Shown here: in pieces, positions 9,162-18,198 of the stretch
Layout: every line of letters starts with the position of its first letter
How positions within the stretch are numbered: the first letter of the stretch is position 1
Origin: a bacterium
GTDB lineage: Bacteria > Patescibacteriota > Microgenomatia > Levybacterales > UBA12049
Length of the DNA: 64,000 nucleotides
Reading direction: 5' to 3'
Assembly (NCBI GenBank): GCA_021791545.1
Contig: JAJYWL010000016.1
Location: 155,704-219,703 of the forward strand
Notes under the pieces: model-generated
What the model was told of the DNA's origin: nothing
Database searches by the model: none
The model's input: only the letters and a program-made list of their open reading frames with translations
Made by a program: the position numbers and the translations under genes

Positions 9162-9546
9162 CTTCACTAAGAGGTACAAAACCTGCAGGTTTCAAATCAT
9201 TTATTCTTCTTTTTCTATTTTCTATCTCTACTCTAACTTGTTGTTCTGTAAAATTTCCACCCCAGTAGGGATGTTTCTCGTGCATTCTTATTATGTCTCC
9301 TAATAATCTTTTGTCTACAGGGTCAACGGGAGTATATGCTCCGGCAATCGTATATATGTGCCAGAATTGTCCTTCTCTTGCAATAATGCTTCTGTCTTTA
9401 TCGGGGAAACTCAAAATATAAAATTTGGAGGTAATTGCTTCAGTTAAATCTACTGAGAAGGAAGGCGCCCCGGATAAACCGAGTCTTGCTATGCGGGTTT
9501 CCTCAGGTTCGAGAGTAGGTGCTTCAACCACTCTCATAGTATACAC
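9112..9546 (-). CDS. hypothetical protein (track start is GTG; first ATG at 9537)
   Basis: 144 aa of non-repetitive sequence with no family recognized by eye. It overlaps the tspO 3' end by ~50 bp. Confidence 0.4.
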   Translation of the reverse strand: MYTMRVVEAPTLEPEETRIARLGLSGAPSFSVDLTEAITSKFYILSFPDKDRSIIAREGQFWHIYTIAGAYTPVDPVDKRLLGDIIRMHEKHPYWGGNFTEQQVRVEIENRKRRINDLKPAGFVPLSEVNDLKVLLQDSKKKQR

Positions 9547-9715
9547 TTCTCCAAGAAGAAACCCATGTGAAAGGTGTATACTTTCGGTATGAAAGACAAC
9601 CTATATACCGTTTTTAAATATTTTGCTATAGGAATGAGTATCGCAGGTATAGGCGTTCTAATTGCGGTTATAGGATTTCTTCTTACTCATCATTAACTAA
9701 TGCTACAATAAGTAA

Positions 9716-10363
9716 ATGTTAAAGAAACTTCTTTTATTTTTAATCTTTTTCTCTTTGGGAGTTGCTCTTGTCTTTGTGGCAGATTTTATGGTTTCGAATA
9801 ATACGATCCAGAAATTAAACCCTGCAATCAAAAGTAAATTTTCGATAGATAATCCTCCTTCTGATTCTCTAAAGGGAGAAATTTCTTCTCTTTCCGGAAC
9901 TGTTTCTTTTCAGCCAAGGTCCAAGGATTATGCAACTTTAATAAATGCACCCGTTGAAATTCTTCAGGGAGAGGATTTAAATACCGGAGGAAACGGGAGC
10001 GCAACGGTTATATTCGACAGGATAGGGGAAATATCACTTTCCGAAAATACACAAATAAGTTTTATACAGACTCTTCCACAGAATTTTGTGATATCACAAA
10101 AACAAGGAATTGCAACTTTTCAAAAAACAGGGAATATTCCATTTAGTGTAAGGGGACTCGATTTACTTATAAATCTGGAAAGCGGTAAGGTAAGTGTCAA
10201 TGTAGATTCCGATAATTCGATAATAACTGTAGATGTTTTGGAGGGGTCAGTAAGTGCGGCTTTTAACGATACCGATAATTTGAGTAATGTAATAACAATC
10301 GAGTCTCCAAGAAGATATATTTTTAATAACAATACCAAGAAGGGGAGAATAAGCTATTTATAA
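9716..10363 (+). CDS. hypothetical secreted/membrane-anchored protein
   Basis: 215 aa with an N-terminal signal/anchor helix and a Ser/Asn-rich beta-type composition. Confidence 0.45.
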   Translation: MLKKLLLFLIFFSLGVALVFVADFMVSNNTIQKLNPAIKSKFSIDNPPSDSLKGEISSLSGTVSFQPRSKDYATLINAPVEILQGEDLNTGGNGSATVIFDRIGEISLSENTQISFIQTLPQNFVISQKQGIATFQKTGNIPFSVRGLDLLINLESGKVSVNVDSDNSIITVDVLEGSVSAAFNDTDNLSNVITIESPRRYIFNNNTKKGRISYL

Positions 10364-11496
10364 CCCTCAAGTGGAGAAAGCATATTATCTCCTTCGTACC
10401 CTAATGCCCAGATTGCAATTCCTCCGAGACTCAAATCATTTGCAAACTTAACTTTTTTTTCGGTCGAGTTTTTATCCGGGTAAAACATTATGTGATAATC
10501 CTGGGTGTAATCATCGTAGTAGGAGATATATGATTCTTCGGCACTTTTATCCAAAACTGCACTGCAGGAGGAGCAGGTGGTAAGAAGTTCTTCCGCTCTT
10601 CTGTTACTTACGACAACTCCCGTACTTGGAATTATTGCAGATCTTGGAACAGGACTTAGTGCTTCCCATTCATATCCATAGGTCGGAACTCCGAGGATTA
10701 ACTTCTGAGCGGGCATTATCTCTAATGCTTTTTCGATAGCTGCCTGGACATCAAATTCAGACTCTGTCCCTGCTCCCAAAAGCGGCGCAACTGGACCCGT
10801 AACAAAAGAGTCAGTTGAATGATAGTCGTAAGTCATGATTACAATCTTATCTGCAATTTTTGAAACGGCGACAGGATCGATAAGATAGGGTTTAACTACG
10901 TCTATGGAAGTAATCTCAACTGTTAAAGTCTGGGAGGGTTTCAAGTTGTTTTTTACTTCCTGGATAAATTTCGTAAAGTTTTCCCTTGCAGAAGTTGAGG
11001 CCTGGGAAGTATATTCGATATCAATATTTAAATCGGTAAATCCGTATCTGTCCATTATCGGTTCAACATCAGAAACCAGATTTCTTGCATTTCTTACGGG
11101 GTTTTCTACTAAAGCATTTATTGAATCTACGTTTCCGTTTGAGATTAAAAGTGAAAGATTTTCATCACTATTTTTTGCATCTTGTAAAAACTTATCAACT
11201 TTTCCTGTGTCCAGAGCATTCCAACCCAGCTCTTTTTCCGTAGGACTGTTATATCTCATTATTTTCCCGTCCGTCCCTACTTTTAATCCGAAATAGGTGA
11301 GTGTGTTTATATATTTTGAATAATCTTTATCTGCCTTATCCAAAAGCCAATAGGGTAAAAATCCTATAACTTCTTTTTTAGGAGAAAGGGGGTTAATGGG
11401 AGTTATTGTGTTAGTCCTGGGTGAATAGGAGAGCGCTGTGTAAGTTACACCAACTCCCAAAAGTATTCCAAAAAGTGCTATGAGAAGTTTCCTCAT
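10354..11496 (-). CDS. Glycoside hydrolase family 18-like (chitinase/CFLE-type) secreted protein
   Basis: 380 aa with an N-terminal signal/anchor. 'LGVPTYGYEW' and 'GGIAIWALGYEGD' are GH18 hallmarks. The catalytic-region motif reads 'TDLNIDIEY': the DxE is retained, but Asn replaces the middle Asp. Confidence 0.65.
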   Translation of the reverse strand: MRKLLIALFGILLGVGVTYTALSYSPRTNTITPINPLSPKKEVIGFLPYWLLDKADKDYSKYINTLTYFGLKVGTDGKIMRYNSPTEKELGWNALDTGKVDKFLQDAKNSDENLSLLISNGNVDSINALVENPVRNARNLVSDVEPIMDRYGFTDLNIDIEYTSQASTSARENFTKFIQEVKNNLKPSQTLTVEITSIDVVKPYLIDPVAVSKIADKIVIMTYDYHSTDSFVTGPVAPLLGAGTESEFDVQAAIEKALEIMPAQKLILGVPTYGYEWEALSPVPRSAIIPSTGVVVSNRRAEELLTTCSSCSAVLDKSAEESYISYYDDYTQDYHIMFYPDKNSTEKKVKFANDLSLGGIAIWALGYEGDNMLSPLEGYK

Positions 11497-11579
11497 TTTT
11501 TTATTCTACCATTTTATCTAATTCTCTATTTCTTGAGAATTAAAGAATAATTTGCTACATTATTTTTAACCTATAGATT

Positions 11580-11876
11580 ATGGCAAATTACAGAAAACTT
11601 GAAAGAGTCGTCAAGGGGTTTTCAAACCATAGAAGAATTCAGATGCTTCAATTGGTTTCGGATAATCCGGATCTTTCTCTTTATGAGATATCGGGAAAAT
11701 TAAAAATAAACTTCAAGACTGCCAGTGAGCATTTAAGAAGACTTACGGTTTCGGGGCTTATTTCCAAAAGAAGCGAGGGCTCTTTTGTTCACCATAAGAT
11801 CTCCCAAAGAGGAAAAACAATTTTGAGGTTTCTTAAGAAACTTGAGTATAAGATAGACGAGAAAGAATTGAATTAA
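11580..11876 (+). CDS. ArsR/SmtB-family winged-helix transcriptional regulator
   Basis: 98 aa. 'LQLVSDNPDLSLYEISGKLKINFKTASEHLRRLTVSGLI' matches the ArsR HTH pattern. Confidence 0.65.
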   Translation: MANYRKLERVVKGFSNHRRIQMLQLVSDNPDLSLYEISGKLKINFKTASEHLRRLTVSGLISKRSEGSFVHHKISQRGKTILRFLKKLEYKIDEKELN

Positions 11877-12977
11877 TTATTTCTCCCAGGGGAATTCTTC
11901 TCTTCCGAAATGTCCGTAAGAAGAAGTTGGAAGATAAATAGGTCTTTGTAAATCCAAGGTTTTTATTATTCCCTCAACAGAAGTATTTAGAGTTTCCCTC
12001 ATAAAATCCAATATAACTTTTTTATCCACTCTTTCGGTCCCAAAGGTTTCTACATCAAGCATTGATGGCTGCCTGCCTCCTATGAAATATGCAATTCTTA
12101 CTTCTGCTTTGTCTGCCAAATCTTCTCTTACTATATGTTTTGCAAGATATCTTGCTCCATAAGCAGCAGACCTATCTACTTTCGTAGGATCCTTACCGGA
12201 GAATGCTCCTCCTCCTACTCTTGCGTATCCTCCATATGTATCGACGATAATTTTTCTTCCTGTTACTCCCGTATCGCTTGCGGGTCCGCCTTTATGCCAA
12301 ACCCCAGTTCCATTTACAATTAAATCTTTGTCTTCAATTTTAAATCCGAACTCATCAAGTATTACAGATACTACTTTATTCTTTAGGCTATCTTTAACTT
12401 CGGAAAGACCTACTTTTTCATCATGAGGAACACCAATTACTACCTGCTGTATTCCGACAGGTACCCCGTTTTTGTATTCAACTGTTACTTGGGTTTTTCC
12501 GTCGGGCCTTAAGAAGGGAAGTACCCCTTTTTCCCTAACTTCGTCTACTTTTTGTGCAAGTCTATGAGCAAGAGTTATGGGAAGAGGCATTAAGGTATTT
12601 GTTTCGTTGCAGGCAAAACCAAACATCATTCCCTGATCTCCTGCTCCTTCTTCGTCTACTCCTTTTGAAATTTCGGGAGATTGTTCATGGACATAGACTT
12701 CTACATCGCTTTTTTCCCCGAAGTCGTAGTAGGAATCCGTATAACCTAAGTCTTCAATTCTTTTTCTGGCTATTTTTTCATAGTCTACTTTTGCATTTGC
12801 GGTTACTTCTCCTGCAATGACAACTTTGTTAAAAGTAACGAGGGTCTCTACTGCAACTCTTCCTTTTTTGTCCTGTCTTAAAACTTCGTCAAGAATTGAA
12901 TCACTTATTGAGTCGCAAATTTTGTCGGGATGTCCTGCGCAGACAGATTCTGATGTAAAAATATAATCGTTAGTCAT
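11877..12977 (-). CDS. metK: S-adenosylmethionine synthetase
   Basis: 'FTSESVCAGHPDKICDSISDSILD' is the canonical MetK N-terminus. The true start is probably 'MTNDYIFTSESV' (ATG at 12977-12975), not the track start at 13049; the upstream 24 codons lie inside the riboswitch leader. Confidence 0.92.
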   Translation of the reverse strand: MTNDYIFTSESVCAGHPDKICDSISDSILDEVLRQDKKGRVAVETLVTFNKVVIAGEVTANAKVDYEKIARKRIEDLGYTDSYYDFGEKSDVEVYVHEQSPEISKGVDEEGAGDQGMMFGFACNETNTLMPLPITLAHRLAQKVDEVREKGVLPFLRPDGKTQVTVEYKNGVPVGIQQVVIGVPHDEKVGLSEVKDSLKNKVVSVILDEFGFKIEDKDLIVNGTGVWHKGGPASDTGVTGRKIIVDTYGGYARVGGGAFSGKDPTKVDRSAAYGARYLAKHIVREDLADKAEVRIAYFIGGRQPSMLDVETFGTERVDKKVILDFMRETLNTSVEGIIKTLDLQRPIYLPTSSYGHFGREEFPWEK

Positions 12978-13105
12978 AAAAAAACCTCTCATCAAAAGAG
13001 AGGTAATAAAGACTTGTCTTTTGACCTCATCTTCCTCCCGGAATGGCACCGCTAGTCTTTCGGTTGCCGCCCTACTAAGTAGGGTCTCTTGATGATTTAT
13101 CTATT
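12978..13105 (-). ncRNA. S-box (SAM-I family / SAM-I-IV-like variant) riboswitch candidate with intrinsic terminator, in the metK 5' leader
   Basis: Minus-strand leader reads ...AAAUCAUCAAGAGACCCUACUUAGUAGGGCGGCAACCGAAAGACUAGCGGUGCCAUUCCGGGAGGAAGAUGAGGUCAAAAGACAAGUCUUUAUUACCUCUCUUUUGAUGAGAGGUUUUUUUAUG. It contains 'AUCAAGAG', a P3 stem 'GGCAACC...GGUGCC' with a bulged A, 'AUUCC' and 'AGAUGAGG', which closes P1 with 'UCAUC'. P2 is a minimal hairpin, CCCUAC-UUA-GUAGGG, without a K-turn. A terminator CCUCUC-UUUUGAU-GAGAGG plus U7 directly abuts the AUG, and the GAGAGG is SD-like. Confidence 0.5.
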
Positions 13106-13136
13106 AAAACAAAAAAGGATAAGTTAAGTCAAGAGA

Positions 13137-14570
13137 TTATCCAATTCTTGGGAAAAGAGGAGTACTGCTTTTTATTTCCGAAGACTCATATTGTTCTTCA
13201 ATCTTTTCTGCTGTTTCTGGTAAGAAGGGTTTAAGAAAGTAAGCAATTTCTTTTATCTGTTCTACGGAATGTTTTAATACACCATGTACTTTTTCGTCAT
13301 TGTTTTTAACTAGTTCCCAAGGTTTTTCTTCATTTATGAATTTATCCGCTTCTGATATTTTTTCCCAGACAAAAGAAAGGGCATCGTTGAACCTTAGTTC
13401 ATTAAGGGCTTTTTCGTAAGCTTCATCTATCTCAAAAGTTTTACCCGGCTCATTTTTAAAGCCTGAATTTTCGCAAAGTCTTGCAACTCTTGCAACGAGA
13501 TTTCCGAGACCGTTTGCAAGATCGGAATTATATACTTCAATTAATTTTTTCTCGGAAAAATCACCGTCCTGGAAAGGAGATATCTGAGACAAAAGATAAT
13601 ACCTCAATGCGTCAGCTCCGTATTTTTCTATAAAATCCAATGGATCTGCGACATTTCCTAAAGTCTTGGACATTTTCTGTCCGTCTACTGTGAAGTATCC
13701 ATGGACAAAAATTGCTTTTGGTAAGGGAAGATCTGCGGAAAGAAGAAATGCAGGCCAATAAACCGCATGGAATCTTATTATTCCTTTTCCTATTACATGT
13801 AAGTCAGCCGGCCACCATTTTTTGTATTCTTTATCGTCCCACCCAAAACCTACACCCGATTGGTAGATGTTAAGAGCATCAAACCAGACATACATACGCT
13901 GGTTTGGATCATTGGGAACTTCTACGCCCCAGTCTTTTGCTCTTTTATTCGTTCTCGAAATACTTATATCTTGTAAACCTTCTTTTAGGAAAGCCAGAAC
14001 TTCATTTTTTCTGAAAGAGGGGATTATCTTTATCTCGTCTTTTTCAATCAATTCCTTTATCTTATCCTGATATCTTGAAAGCTTAAAGAAATAATTTTCC
14101 TCGCTCACTTCTTCCAATGGCTTTCCAGGATGCTCAAAGCATTCTCCTTTTTCGTTTAATTCACTTTTTTCATAGAAGAGTTCGCAGCCTACGCAATAAA
14201 GACCCGTATATGTTTTTTTGTAGATATCTCCGTTTTTAAAACATCTTTCCCAAAGCTCTTGTGAAGATTTTTTATGTTGGTCGCTACTTCCTCTTTCAAA
14301 GACGTCAAATTCTATGTTTAATTTCTTTGCTAAGTTCTCAAAAAGTTTTGAATTCTTGTCTACTAATTCCTGTACAGAAATACCTTCGTTTTCTGCAGCC
14401 TGTACATTTTTCAATGCATTCTCGTCGGAGCCCGAAAGAAGTCTTGCGTCGTCTCCTTTTAACTGATGGAACCTTTTTATTACATCTGCCTGTACAAATT
14501 CCAGGGCATGACCTACGTGAGGCTTTGCATTTACATAAGGAATTGCTGTTGTTAAATAATATTTGTTCAT
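13137..14570 (-). CDS. metG: Methionyl-tRNA synthetase (short form, no C-terminal tRNA-binding domain)
   Basis: 477 aa with 'PYVNAKPHVGHALE' (HIGH motif), 'KMSKT' (KMSKS), and a Cys cluster in the connective peptide. Confidence 0.9.
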   Translation of the reverse strand: MNKYYLTTAIPYVNAKPHVGHALEFVQADVIKRFHQLKGDDARLLSGSDENALKNVQAAENEGISVQELVDKNSKLFENLAKKLNIEFDVFERGSSDQHKKSSQELWERCFKNGDIYKKTYTGLYCVGCELFYEKSELNEKGECFEHPGKPLEEVSEENYFFKLSRYQDKIKELIEKDEIKIIPSFRKNEVLAFLKEGLQDISISRTNKRAKDWGVEVPNDPNQRMYVWFDALNIYQSGVGFGWDDKEYKKWWPADLHVIGKGIIRFHAVYWPAFLLSADLPLPKAIFVHGYFTVDGQKMSKTLGNVADPLDFIEKYGADALRYYLLSQISPFQDGDFSEKKLIEVYNSDLANGLGNLVARVARLCENSGFKNEPGKTFEIDEAYEKALNELRFNDALSFVWEKISEADKFINEEKPWELVKNNDEKVHGVLKHSVEQIKEIAYFLKPFLPETAEKIEEQYESSEIKSSTPLFPRIG

Positions 14571-14593
14571 GTTAGCTTCGATTATACCAGAAA

Positions 14594-14926
14594 TTACCTT
14601 CGTTTTACGAAGAACAGTTCTTCAATGAAAAGAAGGATTAAAAGAAGGATGATGAAAAAAGGGTGTGCAAGTTTAATAAGGAAAAGATACATTACGATCA
14701 CCACAAACAAAGAAAAGAAAAGACTTCTTCTTAAATTTTTGAAAATAAAGGCAAAAAGGTAAAAAAGAAAAAGAAAAAGAAGAATAAAAAAGAGAGGGAT
14801 AATCGAAATTGCGAAATTTGAAATATTGAATTGGAAGCTTGGAGGAAAATTCAAGACAAAGTAGGAGAGAATAAGTAGGAAAAGTAAGCTAAGAAATAGG
14901 TGAAGTAATCTTTTTCGGTTTCTCAC
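14594..14926 (-). CDS. possible small hydrophobic protein within a polypurine tract (doubtful coding)
   Basis: 110 aa that is extremely F/L-rich. The underlying plus strand is ~85% A/G, so the ORF may be an artefact of composition. Confidence 0.2.
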   Translation of the reverse strand: MRNRKRLLHLFLSLLFLLILSYFVLNFPPSFQFNISNFAISIIPLFFILLFLFLFYLFAFIFKNLRRSLFFSLFVVIVMYLFLIKLAHPFFIILLLILLFIEELFFVKRR

Positions 14927-14962
14927 AAGTTAAGTTTATCAAAAATATAGTAAAAATACCTC

Positions 14963-14999
14963 TTGACAACAATTGGCAGTCTTGTTATCATATTGCTAA
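14963..14999 (+). promoter_or_regulatory. sigma70-type promoter (TTGACA-17-TATCAT) overlapping a degenerate CIRCE-like inverted repeat, upstream of hrcA
   Basis: TTGACA at 14963-14968 and TATCAT at 14986-14991. TTGGCAGTC-N9-TATTGCTAA at 14973-14999 matches the CIRCE consensus TTAGCACTC-N9-GAGTGCTAA at 7/9 positions in each half. Confidence 0.45.
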
Positions 15000-15025
15000 T
15001 TCCAAGCTCAAAAAGCTTTAATATT

Positions 15026-15757
15026 ATGCACGATTTAACTCAAAGACAGGTTGAAATTTTAAAGAGCCTAATTGAGGAATACATTGAAACGGCCGAACCG
15101 GTTGGTTCCGAAACTCTGGAAAAAAAGCATAATTTAAGCGCAAGCCCTGCAACCATAAGAAATGAAATGGTTAAGCTTGAAGAACTTGGGTACCTTAAAA
15201 AAGGACACGTCTCTGCTGGAAGAGTTCCTACTCCTGAAGGAATGAAGTTTTATGTAAAACAATTAATGAAGGAAAAGGAACTTTCCGTAACAGAAGAAGT
15301 TGCTCTAAAAGAAAAAGTCTGGGATCTAAGAGACCAGGAAAGAAAGTTTTTGAAGGAAATAACAAGAGCTTTGGCGGAAAAATCTAAAGCACTTGCTGTA
15401 ACAAGTACAAGTGACGGAGAACTTTTCTGTGCAGGATATGCAAATATCCTCGATATGCCGGAGTTTTTTGATATCGATATAACAAAGACACTCCTTTCGG
15501 CAATCGACCAGTCGGAATATCTTAACGAGATATTCACAGGACAGGTAGATGACGAAGATATACATGTCCTCTTGGGAGATGAATTGGGACCAAGACTTAA
15601 AGGACCTTACGGTTTTGTATTCACAAGATATGAAACTCCTATGCATATGGCAGGAGAAATCGGAGTCTTAGGACCATCAAGACTTAACTATACATATATA
15701 GTGCCTACCGTAAGATATTTTGGAAATCTTATAGAAGAAATTGCTAAAGGATGGTAG
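15026..15757 (+). CDS. hrcA: Heat-inducible transcription repressor HrcA (short form)
   Basis: 'MHDLTQRQVEILKSLIEEYIETAEPVGSETLEK' is a typical HrcA N-terminal wHTH. The track start at 14963 would place the ORF over its own promoter. Confidence 0.8.
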   Translation: MHDLTQRQVEILKSLIEEYIETAEPVGSETLEKKHNLSASPATIRNEMVKLEELGYLKKGHVSAGRVPTPEGMKFYVKQLMKEKELSVTEEVALKEKVWDLRDQERKFLKEITRALAEKSKALAVTSTSDGELFCAGYANILDMPEFFDIDITKTLLSAIDQSEYLNEIFTGQVDDEDIHVLLGDELGPRLKGPYGFVFTRYETPMHMAGEIGVLGPSRLNYTYIVPTVRYFGNLIEEIAKGW

Positions 15758-16224
15758 GAATGAATAAAAAACATGAAGAAACTGACAAAGAAAATACAAA
15801 AGATAACGAAGAAGAACTTTTAAAAGTAAAAGAGGATTTGGAAAACCAGCTTAAAAGAAGTGTGGCTGACTACCAAAACCTAGAAAAAAGAATTGCGGGA
15901 GAAAAATCCAGTTGGATAAGAACCGCAAATAAAGATTTGATATTAAGACTTTTGCCCGGAATTGATAATCTTTTCCTGGCAGAAAAACATACTCAAGATG
16001 AGGGTGTAAAAATATCAATTGCACATTTTATAGATATATTAAAAGGTGAGGGAGTAGAAAAAATCGAAGCCGTAGGACACGATTTCGACCCTGTTCTTAT
16101 GGAGGCAGTAGGAACTGCCGCAGGAGAAGAGGGAAAAGTATTAGAAGAGACAAAAGCAGGATATAAACTTTTTGACGAAGTATTAAGACCTGCACAAGTA
16201 ATTGTAGGAAAGAGAGAAAATTAA
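15751..16224 (+). CDS. grpE: Nucleotide exchange factor GrpE
   Basis: 157 aa with a coiled-coil N-terminus and a GrpE-like 'DLILRLLPGIDNLFLAE...'. It sits between hrcA and dnaK. Confidence 0.8.
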   Translation: MVGMNKKHEETDKENTKDNEEELLKVKEDLENQLKRSVADYQNLEKRIAGEKSSWIRTANKDLILRLLPGIDNLFLAEKHTQDEGVKISIAHFIDILKGEGVEKIEAVGHDFDPVLMEAVGTAAGEEGKVLEETKAGYKLFDEVLRPAQVIVGKREN

Positions 16225-16236
16225 TAAAATATAAAT

Positions 16237-18135
16237 ATGGGAAAAATAATTGGAATTGATTTAGGAACAACAAATTCATGTGTAGCCGTAATGGAAGGTG
16301 GATCACCAAAAGTAATCCACTCGGCCGAGGGAAGAAATGTAATCCCATCGGTTGTAGATCCGGTTACTCATGTTGTCGGAGACGTTGCAAAAAGACAGAT
16401 TGTCCTTAAGCCAAAAGAGACAATATTCTCTATAAAAAGGCTTATGGGAAAGAAATTTAGCGATGAATCCGTTCAAAACGACATGAAATGGCTTCCATAT
16501 ACGATTAAGTCCGGAAGAGACGGAATGGCAGTTGTTGAAGTCGAGGGAAAACAATATACACCCCAGGAAGTATCCGCAATGATTCTTCAGAAAATTAAAA
16601 ACGATGCAGAGAGCTATCTCGGATCAAAAGTAACTCAGGCCGTTATTACGGTCCCCGCATATTTTGACGATTCACAAAGACAGGCAACAAAACAGGCAGG
16701 AGAAATTGCAGGGTTGGAAGTTATGAGAATAATCAATGAACCAACGGCAGCAGCACTTGCTTACGGACTTGATAAGAAAAATGCACACACAATTGCAGTC
16801 TATGATTTGGGTGGAGGAACATTTGATATCTCGATTCTTGAGCTTGGAGAAGGAGTTTATGAAGTTAAATCTACAAACGGAGATACTCATTTAGGAGGAG
16901 ACGATTTTGATCAGATAATTTTAAACTATATCGCCGACCAGTTCCAAAAAGAAAACGGAGTTGATTTAAGAAAAGATCCACAGGCTTTGCAAAGATTAAG
17001 AGAATCTGCTGAAAAAGCAAAGATAGAATTATCATCCGCTCAGGAAGCACAGATTAACCAACCCTTCATAACACAAGGACCTAACGGACCTTTGCATTTA
17101 ACGATGACTTTGGGAAGGCCACAACTAGAGCAGATTGTCGATGAATTAGTTCAAAAGACAATAAAACCAGTAGAGCAGGCATTAAAGGATGCAAAAGTAA
17201 CAGTAAAAGAAATAGACGAGGTGGTTCTTGTAGGAGGAATGACAAGAATGCCAAAAGTAATTGACGTAGTTACTAAATTCTTTGGAAAAGAACCTAACAA
17301 ATCCGTAAATCCTGACGAAGTAGTAGCAGTAGGAGCAGCAATTCAGGGAGGAGTCTTGGGAGGAGAAGTAAAAGATGTATTACTCTTGGACGTTACCCCA
17401 TTAACTTTAGGAATAGAAACTCTAGGAGGAGTATCTACTCCGTTAATAGAGAAAAATACGACCATTCCTGCTTCAAAGTCACAGGTATTTTCAACAGCAG
17501 CAGATAATCAGACACAGGTAGAAATAAACGTCTTACAGGGAGAAAGACCAATGGCAGCAGACAATAAATCTTTGGGAAGATTTGTTCTTGACGGAATTCC
17601 TCCTGCGCCAAGAGGTGTTCCTCAGGTCGAAGTCGAATTCGATATAGATGCAAACGGAATACTAAACGTTAAAGCAACAGATAAGGCAACAGGAAAAGCA
17701 CAAAGCATAAAGATAACCGGTTCCACAGGTCTCACAAAAGAAGAAGTAGAGAAAATGACAAAAGAGGCAGAAGCCCATGCCGCAGAAGACCAGGAGAAAA
17801 AAGCAAAGATAGAAGCAAGAAATCAGGCAGATTCACTTATATTTACAGCAGAAAAATCTCTTAAAGACGCAGGAGACAAAGTTCCCGCGGAATTAAAGAC
17901 AGAAATAGAAGGAAAGATTTCTGATCTTAAGGGAATCTTAGATTCGGGTTCTAAAGAGGATATTGAGGTAAAGACAAAAGAGCTTTCGGAATCACTCCAG
18001 AAAGTCGGAGCAAATATGTATCAACAGCAGGGACCTCAAGATCAACAAGCAGGAGAACAACCCGCCCAGGAAGCAAATCCTAATGCAGACGGACAGGCTA
18101 AAGAAGAACCTGTTGAGGGAGAAGTAGTAGAGTAA
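16237..18135 (+). CDS. dnaK: Chaperone DnaK (Hsp70)
   Basis: 632 aa with '[14 protein letters not shown]', 'DLGGGTFD' and the full ATPase and substrate-binding domains. Confidence 0.97.
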   Translation: MGKIIGIDLGTTNSCVAVMEGGSPKVIHSAEGRNVIPSVVDPVTHVVGDVAKRQIVLKPKETIFSIKRLMGKKFSDESVQNDMKWLPYTIKSGRDGMAVVEVEGKQYTPQEVSAMILQKIKNDAESYLGSKVTQAVITVPAYFDDSQRQATKQAGEIAGLEVMRIINEPTAAALAYGLDKKNAHTIAVYDLGGGTFDISILELGEGVYEVKSTNGDTHLGGDDFDQIILNYIADQFQKENGVDLRKDPQALQRLRESAEKAKIELSSAQEAQINQPFITQGPNGPLHLTMTLGRPQLEQIVDELVQKTIKPVEQALKDAKVTVKEIDEVVLVGGMTRMPKVIDVVTKFFGKEPNKSVNPDEVVAVGAAIQGGVLGGEVKDVLLLDVTPLTLGIETLGGVSTPLIEKNTTIPASKSQVFSTAADNQTQVEINVLQGERPMAADNKSLGRFVLDGIPPAPRGVPQVEVEFDIDANGILNVKATDKATGKAQSIKITGSTGLTKEEVEKMTKEAEAHAAEDQEKKAKIEARNQADSLIFTAEKSLKDAGDKVPAELKTEIEGKISDLKGILDSGSKEDIEVKTKELSESLQKVGANMYQQQGPQDQQAGEQPAQEANPNADGQAKEEPVEGEVVE

Positions 18136-18160
18136 TTAAATATTTGAAAATAATAACTTT

Positions 18161-18184
18161 AAGGCGCATTAGTGCGCCTTTTAT
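18161..18184 (+). terminator. intrinsic terminator after dnaK
   Basis: AAGGCGCA-TTAG-TGCGCCTT perfect 8-bp GC-rich stem followed by a T-run. Confidence 0.7.
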
Positions 18185-18198
18185 AATATAATACGGCT

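Noticed and set aside
14963-15025. Track N-terminal extensions of hrcA (14963), tuf (TTG at 55698) and metK (13049)
   Set aside because: The extensions would translate the promoter, the leader hairpin or the riboswitch. Conserved N-termini (MHDLTQRQ; [12 protein letters not shown]; MTNDYIFTSESV) start at internal ATGs.
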